Position numbers and translations under genes: made by a program
The notes under the pieces: generated by a model
What the model was told of the DNA's origin: nothing
What the model saw: the letters and a program-made list of their open reading frames with translations, nothing else
The model's database searches: none
Assembly: GCA_951406725.2 (NCBI GenBank)
Contig: OX597814.1
Span: 44,516,001 to 44,580,000, forward strand
Direction of reading: 5' to 3'
Length of the DNA: 64,000 nucleotides
From: Octopus vulgaris
Lineage: Eukaryota
Part shown: piece by piece, positions 54,150 to 64,000 of the stretch
Layout of the letters: the number at the start of each line of letters is the position of its first letter
Numbering within the stretch: position 1 is the first letter of the stretch

Positions 54150-54655
54150 TATTTATTGTCTTTGCACCACTTCTAAAGCTGGAGATGTACTACGATGTCA
54201 GCTGTTCACTACGAGTGAACTAAGGTAACACCCCTTATTTATTGAGCACCATTCGGAGTATTCGTGCAGTAACAAGCTGTGCTGTTTTCTGCACGTGTTC
54301 CACTCTTACTGAAGCCCCTATTTGTTCCATGTACTTCTCAAGAGTTTTACTCACTGTTCCCCGGACTCCGACAATTATTGGTACTACTATCACCTTTTTT
54401 CATCAAGTACAACTGCTTAATCTCCCAAACTAACCTGTCAAATCTCTTGTCTTTTCTTTCTTCCTTATCTTATACGTTGTCAGCTGGGCATGCTATATAT
54501 ATGGTCCAGTATAATTTGTTTTCTTTCTCAATTAAGATTATGTATGGTTTCTCTTCACTATCATATGGTCGCACTGAATCATAAATTCCCATAGGATCTC
54601 TGCATTATCATTCTCGATGATGCCTTCGGGTTTAAGTCCGTACCTTGCTATATTG
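54150..54655 (-). mobile_element. R4/Dong-clade LINE 3' fragment (restriction-like endonuclease)
   Basis: PEGIIENDNAEILW, IQCDH, VVPIIVG..GTV and QKTA...TARILR.VL, then a short UTR ending in TAA/TGA repeats. Confidence 0.75.
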
Positions 54656-54670
54656 TCATGACGTCTTTTA

Positions 54671-54730
<60 letters not shown>

Positions 54731-54731
<1 letters not shown>

Positions 54732-55183
54732 GAGTGAGAGAGCAGTGCATGCCGTCAAAGTGACACTGGGGTAAAATATACGAAGCCCAGTATACCCATA
54801 ATGACTAACCGTCTGATAAGGGTACACTAGGCACATGCATCACACCATATGTGCGTGACGTGGTGATCTCATATCAAGATAAACAGCACATGACCTTGTA
54901 GGTGGGGTCCAGTTAGAATTTTCTTCTGGTCGAGTAGCCCATCCCACTCAAAAGGTCCCTGAATAAGGGTTGTTTAAGGATGTTGAATGAAACACCCATG
55001 TTTCCAGAGGAGAATTATTCAAACCCCAAAGAATCCCTCTCAACACATGGCTATGATGCTCCCCACTACTTCTGCTCATGATCAGAGATGCACATATCGT
55101 CAGCCACAAAGGGACATGCTCAACCGGTTATGGTCAAACAACTGACAAGCAAGTCTGTGGTATTGAGCAGAATATTTGCTGTA
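54731..55183 (-). mobile_element. (TAA)n-embedded non-coding element, 5'-truncated copy
   Basis: Highly similar to 58708-59160; flanked both sides by (TTA)n. Confidence 0.8.
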
Positions 55184-55199
55184 TTATTATTATTTGCTG

Positions 55200-55299
<100 letters not shown>

Positions 55300-55319
55300 C
55301 ATCATAATCATCATATACA

Positions 55320-56400
55320 CGCAACAGATCAGAATGTTGGAAAAGAAAAAAATCAAACATTGGGCTACAACAAGTAAACTTAGATGCCAAGAACCAGCCT
55401 AAGTATCTTACCTGTCTCTAAGAATACTGCTTTCTGGAGCTGTACTAAACTGGGTTCCATGCCTATTTCCTCTATTCGTCTGTTCAGGTCTATAGGGATA
55501 GTTCCCAATGCACCTATAGCTACTAGGATACATTTCCAAAGTATATAATTCAATAGCTAGGTCCTGGTACTTTGCAATTGTTTTATGCTTCTCATGCTAA
55601 TGTTTTCATTTGGACTGTAAAGTCAATTATATGACATTCCCTATTCTACTACTACCAAACCAGTATTCTAGCTTCTATTACTCTGTCAGTCTGAATGTTA
55701 AAGTCACACATCTTGTATTTCTTAATTCCTAATCTTTTACTAGCTTCAAGTTCGTACCATTTATCAGTATGATCAAATCCTAGCTTTCCATATATCCCCC
55801 ATTGGATCACTCTGTATAGATTGTCATGTCTTTCTTGAATTCTTTCTGTGCCAGCATTCTACATTCTCTTACTATATGAGTAACGCTTTTCTTTCTTGAT
55901 TTGCATAATCTACATTGGGAATCTACTTGGTTTTTGCCAATCTTTGCTTTTATCAAATTATTCCATTATGCTTGATCTTGTGCTGCTATTAACAAAATCT
56001 GTCTCCCTTTCAGCTTTCGTTTCAACTACTATAACCATGCCTCACTACTACTATTTGCTGCAACTATCGTTGGGAATCTACCATGCAACGCATTCTCCTG
56101 CCAGTCAAATAATCTCTGTTCTTTTTTCTGGTTTATTACTAAGTATCCTAGTTGTCTCTAAGAACACTATTTTCTGGAGCTGTACTAAACTGGGTTTTAT
56201 GTCTACTTCCTCTACCCAGCTTCCTTTCTAGGTAGGTATAATCTTGCTACTCCTGTCTTTGAGTGGAGTCTTTCATTCATATTGAATTCCCTCTTAGTTC
56301 TTCTGTCTAGCTTTACTAGATCAATCTTCGTCCAGTCTACATAAGCTGCTGAGTATCTAAATAATTATACTAACCAATTATTTACAGCCTTGACTTGATG
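55320..56400 (-). mobile_element. Two further R4/Dong-type 3' fragments
   Basis: RHD motif (~55825), LQKAVFLETGKILR (~55420), LQK...LETTRIL (~56165) and KLDRRTKR (~56300). Confidence 0.65.
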
Positions 56401-57910
56401 TAGCGTCTAGTCGTTAGATGTTTCAAGGTATTTTGCCAGTTCCTTATGGTGATTTAATAGGAGATTTCAAATTGGATCAAGCGTCGACCTCCTTGAGCAC
56501 TGGATAGATTACGTCTGCCTTTGAGTGGTACATCTTCTTGCAAGTCAGCAGCTTACGGGTTTTCCTGTCAATCTTCCTTATGTATCTCATATTCCAGTTC
56601 AACACATTGAAATTGTAAATAACAACAGGAACTGCAAATGATGTTATAGCTAACACTTTGTTACGTGCGTTTAACTGGGATTTTAAGACTGCTCGAACTC
56701 TCCTGTAACACTCCTTCTTGATCTTCTTTTTCATATTTGCATGTTGAATGCCAGAGCTCTCATTTATTCCGAGGTATTTGTAAGTTTGTTCTAGCTGGAG
56801 ATCTTTTATGACTGTGTCAACATCCAGCACCACTGAATGAGAGGTCTTCAGGTTTCCTATCTGGAAAGTGGCTTTGGAACATTTAAGACAAATTCCATCC
56901 CAATGGCATCACTGAATGCTTTCACAGTACTTAGTAGTCCTTCAAGCTCATTATATTCTTTGCCATAGAGTTTTTAAGTCAGCCATATAAAATAGATGAC
57001 TTATTTTCTTCACGCCAATTTTATAGCCATACCATTTTCTGTTAAGTTACCTTGTAAGGGGTATTAGAGCTATGCAGAAAGTTAAGAGTGAAAGTGAGCC
57101 ACATTGTAAAATTCTGTAGTTGATATTAATATTTTTGTGGTCAGCAATCCATTACAGTGGTATAATTGGAGATTTGTATTCCACATTGACATGTGCTTCA
57201 GAAATCACAGGAGAAATTTTAAAGATATCCAGCGTATCCAAGATCCGTGAATGCGATATGCTGTCGAAGGCCTTTTTAGAATCAATCCATGCAGAAGTGA
57301 GATTTCTGAGTTTGTTATGGCAGTTCTCAAGGATCATGTGCTTGATTAAGAGTTGGTCTTTGCATCCATATGAGTCTCGTCGGCATCCTTTCTGTTCAGT
57401 GGAGAAAATATTGTTCTGTTCCATAAATTTTTATGTTTTCTCCACGAGGTTGGATGTTAAAATTTTATACGTGGTAGGTAGACATGTTATGGGACGATAG
57501 TTTTTTGGGGAAATTTGGTTTCATTATTCCTCGGGTGTTTTTGCAGAATCTCTCATAATTTCCTTGATTAACTGGACTAGCTTTTTGTCAACGCACGGGA
57601 GCGAGATGAGCCAGAGATCTGGCATCCGATCATTGCAGATTTCCACTTATGAGCATTTGTGAGTGTCACTCTTAGGTCTGCTATTCTGATGTCTTCTCAT
57701 GTTTGTTCTGGTGTCTAATCCAGTCAGCATTTTTATTGTAATTCTTTTCATTGCACCACATATTTTTCCAGATGTTTTCAACTTCATCCATGACAGGGGG
57801 TAGTCTTCAACGGCTATTTTTTTCTCCTTCCCTATTTCTCAGTAGACTGTTTTCCCATTGGATGCAAACAGCTTATTTTGTTTGTAAAATTTGTTTCTCT
57901 TCTCAAATTT
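56400..57910 (-). mobile_element. R4/Dong-clade reverse transcriptase fragment
   Basis: EQKGCRR.SYGCKDQLLI, WID.KKAFDS..H, SHLFYM.D, YKYLGI, LNARNK..AI...AVP, IDRKTRKLLT. Confidence 0.85.
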
Positions 57911-57925
57911 ATGTATCCTTTGAGA

Positions 57926-57982
<57 letters not shown>

Positions 57983-57989
57983 CATCATC

Positions 57990-58355
57990 AAGGCAGTGAG
58001 CTAGCACGCTGGAGAAAATGCTTAGCGGTATTTCGCTGGTCGAAATACCGCTAGGTCGACTTTGCCTTTCATCCTTTCGGGATCGATAAATTAAGTACCA
58101 GTTACGCACTGGGGTCGATATAATCGACTTAATCCGTTTGTCTGTCCTTGTTTGTTCCCTCTGTGTTTAGCCCCTTGTGGGTAGTAAGGAAATAGGTATT
58201 TCGCTCGTCGCTATGTTTTGAGTTTAAATTCCGCCGAGATTGACTTTCCCTTTCATCCTTTTGAGGTCGATAAAATAAGTACCAGTTGAAAACTGGGGTC
58301 GATATAATTGACTCATCACCTCCCTACAAAATTGCTGCACTTGAGGAAAAATTTG
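57990..58355 (+). mobile_element. SINE family B, tandem dimer
   Basis: Two Nin-like cores joined by the same ...GTAGTAAGGAAATAGGTATTTCG junction as at 42380. Confidence 0.85.
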
Positions 58356-58432
58356 TCATTATTATTATTATCACAGGTTTTGTTGGAACTGCTAGAGTCT
58401 TGCATTCGTTCTTTTCAGCTATCTAATACTTT

Positions 58433-58486
58433 TCTCTTCTCCTTCTTCTTCTTCTTCTTCTTCTTCTTCTTCTTCTTCTTCTTCTT

Positions 58487-58517
<31 letters not shown>

Positions 58518-58613
58518 TCATTATTATTATTATTATTATTATTGTTGATATTGCTGTTGTTGTTGGTATTATTATTATTATTATTATTGTTGTTGATATT
58601 GCTGTTGTTGTTG

Positions 58614-58690
<77 letters not shown>

Positions 58691-58707
58691 ATTGTTATTA
58701 TTATTAT
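58433..58707. repeat. (TTC)n-(TTA)n compound microsatellite with duplicated variant block
   Basis: Direct reading; the block TTGTTGATATTGCTGTTGTTGTTGGTA occurs twice. Confidence 0.95.
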
Positions 58708-59262
58708 TGAGTGAGAGAGCAGTGCATGCCATCAAAGTGACACTGGGGTAAAATATACGAAGCCCAGCATACCCATCATGACTACCCGTCTGATAAAGGT
58801 ACACCAAGCACATGCATCACAACCATATGTGCGCGACATGGTGATCTCATATCAAGATAAACAGCACATGACCTTGCAGGTGGGGCCCAGTTAGAATTTT
58901 CTTCAGGTTGAGTAGCCCATCCCGCTCAAACGGTCCCTGAATAAGGGTTGTTTAAGGATGTTGAAAGAACCACCCATGTTTCCAGAGGTGAACTATTCAA
59001 ACCCCAAACAATCCCTCTCAACACATGGCTATGATGCTCCCCCACTACTTCTGCTCATGATCAGAGATGCACATATCGTCAGCCACAAAGGGACATGCTC
59101 AACTGGTTAAGGTCAAACAACTGACAAGCAAATCTGTGGTATTGAGCAGAATATTTATTGTAGTCCATCTTTTATACCAAGACAAAACAATGTACATGAT
59201 AACACTTCCAATCAGTTAAGATCAGAAGCCATGAGAGCCACTGTCTGGTACTGCATCAGGGC

Positions 59263-59267
<5 letters not shown>
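58708..59267 (-). mobile_element. (TAA)n-embedded ~560 bp non-coding element, longer copy
   Basis: Minus strand TAAATGCCCTGATGCAGTACC...GCACTGCTCTCTCACTCA(ATA)n; no ORF; lies among R4/Dong fragments. Confidence 0.8.
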
Positions 59268-59316
<49 letters not shown>

Positions 59317-59569
59317 TTATTATTATTATTATTATTATTACTATTACTATTATTATTATTAAAGCAGCGATTTTGTAGATCATTAGCGCATTGGACAAAA
59401 TCGTTAAGATCATTTCTTCCGTCTCTTTACGTTCTAAGTTGCAATTCCGCTATGGTAGATTGTACATTTTATCCTTTCGGGTCTATAGAACGCGATACTA
59501 GTCAAGTACACGAGGCAATGTAGATGACTAGGCTGTGCACCTGAAAACTGTGCAAGAAATATAAAATGC

Positions 59570-59789
<220 letters not shown>

Positions 59790-60120
59790 AACATTACCTA
59801 ACATTAACTTAGTGTAAGAAAAAAGTGCACTAGTCAAGAATTAGAGCCGTACACCTTTCTGAAAGCTGAATTAGTTACTAACAGGATATTTGCATTAAAG
59901 TAAAAACGATTTCTAAGACACCATATCTCATTGAATTGATGTTTTCATAGAAACGTGATCAAATGAATAAAAGCTGGAAGCTATTTACCAAAGTGTGCAA
60001 CTAATGTGTCTAATGTGTACGTATATACATATATACTTACATATATAGAATACATACATATATATATATATATACACATATGTGTTCTATACTTTCCGCA
60101 TCCCCAAAAATGGGAAGCAC

Positions 60121-60446
60121 TCCTGCTCGTGAAATTAACGTGTAAGTGGCTGAGCACTCCACAGACACGTGCACCCTTAACGTAGTTCTCGGGGATATTC
60201 AGCATGACACAGAGAGTGATAAGGCCGGCCCCTTGAAATACAGGTACAACAGAAACAGGAAGTAAGAGGGAGAGAAAGTTGTGGTGAAAGAGTACAGCAG
60301 GGATCACCACCATCCCCTGCCGGAGCCTCGTGGAGCTTTAGGTGTTTTCGCTCAATAAACACTCACAACGCCCGGTCTGGGAATCGAAACCGCGATCCTA
60401 TGACCGCGAGTCCGCTGCCCTAACCACTGAGCCATTGCGCCTCCAC
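60121..60446 (-). mobile_element. tRNA(Arg)-like SINE, family C, tail type 2
   Basis: First ~180 nt nearly identical to the 17614 copy; different tail (TTGTACCTGTATTTCAAGGGGCCGG...CACGTTAATTTCACGAGCAGG). Confidence 0.85.
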
Positions 60447-62159
60447 ATCCCAAAAATACTGGTAGATACAAAAACGACTACGTCAATACGTCAAATAATC
60501 AAGATGTTTACCAATATGGCTTTTGAGATGCAAGCATGCTGTACATTTAGTTAAAATTGACCTGGATTAGTCAGTAATTCTTCATGCAAAAATCCATTCT
60601 GCAGTATAGGTGGACTAGATAACAATGAGGTCAATGTATTGGCTTTAGACACCTTCGCTGTAACGGAATACAGAAAATTACTGCTTCATATTGCCGACTG
60701 ACGAATATGTTATTAATTCAGGCAGCCAGAGCACTCTGTGTTAGGAAAATAGAATAAATTGTAGATAAGTTTTTATTATTGACTGACGGAAACACTTTAT
60801 TTTAGCTGGCTAGGCAAATTTCCTGCTCTCTCGAATATACTGAACAGTTGTTAAATTGCCCGGATTATGAGAATTACTGGAAGGTAATTGTAAAAATATT
60901 ACATGTAAAATGCATTTTAAAAGTATTGTTTTTCTCTTGGTGTCTTACTATTCTCACTAAGTGTCTTATTCTTATGACTGCAGTTATAATAGAATCTGAT
61001 ATACGAAGCCAAATCTTCTGAATTTCATCAATATGTTTTTGAAATCTATTTATTATCTAATGCAACGCGACATCTTTCAAAGAACTTAACGCGTCACTCT
61101 GTAGTTTATTGGAACATTGTTGAGTATTTTGTCGTAATACAGAGGCGAAACAGAAGATGCAGCTTTGCTGGTTTGAGATCAATAGAAAATATATTGTCAA
61201 CACGCATACACATAAAGATACACATATACACATTATTATATTTACCTGTCATGTGTTGTTAAATCAAAGTTTATGGAAACAAGAGAGAATTTTGAAAATT
61301 TTGTGAAGCAAATATATAGTTGGTCGATATTGTAGGATGGTAAAATAAGCTAATAATATATATATATATATATATCAAAACAACTAAATAGAAAATGTGT
61401 GATGTTCTAGGGTAAATTATTCACCCATATTTCAAGTCGAATGACAAGTTGAATGTAACATCTCTCAAGCATTGTACAGAAAATGTTACTTCAGGCAATG
61501 TTTCTTATTAACTGATCTATAGGCGAACTGACAATTGAAGCGACCAATATTATTGCATTTTGGATCTGTTGCTCGAATGGTAAACGGTTTTTCTGGCAAA
61601 GAGCAAATCGGAAATTTAATTTTGGCTTAAATCAAAGTGAATGAATGATGATGCTATTATCTCGTAGAAATATCTCTTCACCCAATCCTGTAAGTCGATT
61701 AGTATTTCTGCTCGAATGTAAATAGTATTAAATAAGTGACAAATGTGTGAAAACTTTTAGTATAGCAGTAAAGCTTGTTCCTTGATAAAATAAAGAGATA
61801 AATTGCATCTTTTATGTACGTATTTGTATGAATATATATCATATAACACGTGCGCGAACTTATACACCCACATATGGACTCAGAGACACGCATATTTATT
61901 ATATTATATGTGTGTGTGTACATATGCATGTATGTCTGTAGGAATGTATGTACATATATATATATGTGTGTGTGTGTATGAATATTTATACATATACATA
62001 TATATATATAAAAACATAGGTACACACATTCACACATGGAAACACATACATACTGTGTGTGAGCGAGTGGATGTGTGCGAGTGCGAGTGTGTGCATATCT
62101 GTGTGCGAACGGGTGCGCGTAGGTGTGTGTGTGTGTGTGTGTTTATTCTTCCGATTATT

Positions 62160-63580
62160 TTAATGATAAATCTTTGTTAATAAAAATACTTCATATTTTC
62201 TTATTAGACCTTTTATATTTCTTTGGGGCAAATACACTTCTTAAGTGTATCGACGTTTCTACAACTCCAAGTGTCGTCTTTTGGAAGAAACGTTTCTGAG
62301 TGGCGATTTTTATTGCCGTTTAATGAGAATGATGCTGGAACTTTTTACCGTTAACGCCAGTTTACTTTCCGTCTAGTGCTAGATTGTTGCTAGGCTGTTA
62401 TCTCTGTGTTAGGTTTTGCCTTATACTTTGCTATTTATATAATTTCCATGACGAATGGGAATTCCATGTAACACATTTACATTCTCAACAATTTTTTTTT
62501 CTATCTGGTTGTTATTTAGCCCCAGGTCAGCAATACCTGAACGAACGTATTTCATCTAGCATCGATTAGTATTATATAATGGAAGGTTTGGTTGTGAATA
62601 TGGTTTCTTTCAAATAATATTTTGCAGATATAATATATTAATGCTAGGTTACTGTTGATTCTAACGCTTTTTTGTTTTGTCTTGTGAATGTTTCTATCGC
62701 GTGAACATCTATTGCATTGTACAAATAGTTGGATTCGCTCACAATACGTTATACCGACATTCATGGTGAAATGAACACTTATAACGATGCAACCTGCTGA
62801 TTATTAGAACATTCTCATTTTGTTATAGCAAGGGTGGGTGCTTATCTTTGTAAATGTTCAGATGTTGATGGGTAGATGATCGGAAGAGAACCCTAGTAAT
62901 GTGTTCGAGACACGGATATGTCACCAAAAATTAAGCAGATACTGATGTCTGGAAAGAGTTGTTGTCTGATGTTGTTATATACGTAGATTCATTGATGTAG
63001 CAATCTAAGCATTTAAAACTAGTTTGATTATGTTAAGCCGATATAATTTTATACCGAAATTGTTGGTGTGCGCTATTAAGACGATCGGTAAAGTAAGTGG
63101 TTGTAAAATATATAGGATTGTTTTATAAAAGATTCAAACAGCTGTTTCTATTCTGAATATTTTGATATCTTTTATGGTGCGTATTGCTTGAGTGAAGTCT
63201 GTGATAATTGTGTAAAAGACACGTGAATGTATGAGTTTTAGGAAATCTGCCTCAAAGTCTGGTTTCTTGTAAAGTGATCTGATTAAGGATTTTAATGGAC
63301 TTAGTTAATTTAGACTTGAAGTTATGTGTCTTGTATAGTTGAAATTCAATGTCCTGTGCGATGATAAATTTGTTTCCCTTCCAGGAAAATGGAAGGTATT
63401 TTTGTTTTCAGTAAAACTGTTTACGTCGATACTGTTATATTGCAATGTGTTTAACTACTTGTATTTCGTGATTGGTTTGCATTTTTATAACCTTGGGGAG
63501 TGAGTTATTACTTGTAATATTATATCAGGCAAGATCATTGTTGCAGCTTTGAGCCCTCCACAGGCAGATAACTGTTAAAC
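62160..63580 (-). mobile_element. Decayed PLE 3' portion
   Basis: Minus strand KQKYLPFS (~63390), a GIY-YIG-like NV.I.YC...QC.RC (~62720) and a degenerate HHR ...GAAACGTC at ~62250. Confidence 0.6.
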
Positions 63581-63729
63581 CGAACTTTCACAGTTCCGCA
63601 TTGTTCGTGTGTGTTTGTGTGTGTGCGTGTGTGTTTGTGTGTGTGCGTGTGTGTTTGTGTGTGTGCGTGTGTGTTTGTGTGTGTGCGTGTGTGTGCGTGT
63701 GTGATTTAGGAACACGGCGAATAGTGTTA

Positions 63730-64000
63730 TAATATTTATAGGACAGAAATGAAGTTGATGCAGCCAGCGGCAATCTTCAAAAAGAACAATTCAGAGTAGA
63801 GTGCTTCAATCAACTTCTATGGCTCATACTGTTTTAAATAGCCCTTTGAGATATGACTTTGAGTATCACAGCAGCTACACTAACTGGCAATTATACAATC
63901 AATATTTCTGATATTATAACCCACAGAAAGTTAGCATTGTCGTAAACAGGCCGACTAATGAAAACTACATGCAATTATATTCCGTGGAGCTTCATACACT
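63730..64000 (-). mobile_element. Possible RTE-type RT remnant
   Basis: Weak minus-strand resemblance to LY..A.S.V, QG and PWELL motifs. Confidence 0.3.

Noticed and set aside
63835-63880. TATCACAGCAGCT resembling miR-2 in a weak hairpin
   Set aside because: Poor pairing, the 3' half does not match, and it lies in a probable LINE remnant.

Overview
AT-rich, microsatellite-dense eukaryotic non-coding DNA. The SINE families and repeat landscape point to an octopus or other coleoid cephalopod genome (inference, not database-confirmed). I found no convincing host protein-coding exon. Nearly all listed ORFs are microsatellite artefacts or transposon remnants. Contents: several Penelope-like elements (PLEs, including a decayed near-full-length Naiad-like copy), Tc1/mariner remnants (DD34E, DD41D), two copies of a non-autonomous Helitron, CR1/L2-, I/Jockey-, Tx1/L1- and R4/Dong-type LINE fragments, and three families of tRNA-derived SINEs. 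The strongest unexplained signal is a dense set of about a dozen hammerhead ribozyme (HHR) motifs, some intact and some decayed, with palindromic helix III and very variable helix II. Two carry the compensatory U3:A8 core. They sit in short PLE-type stubs anchored in (TA)n tracts, and several stubs are folded back into ~150-360 bp palindromes. Separately, a trinucleotide-repeat domain (~48.7-59.8 kb) holds co-oriented R4/Dong fragments and a ~560 bp (TAA)n-embedded non-coding element.
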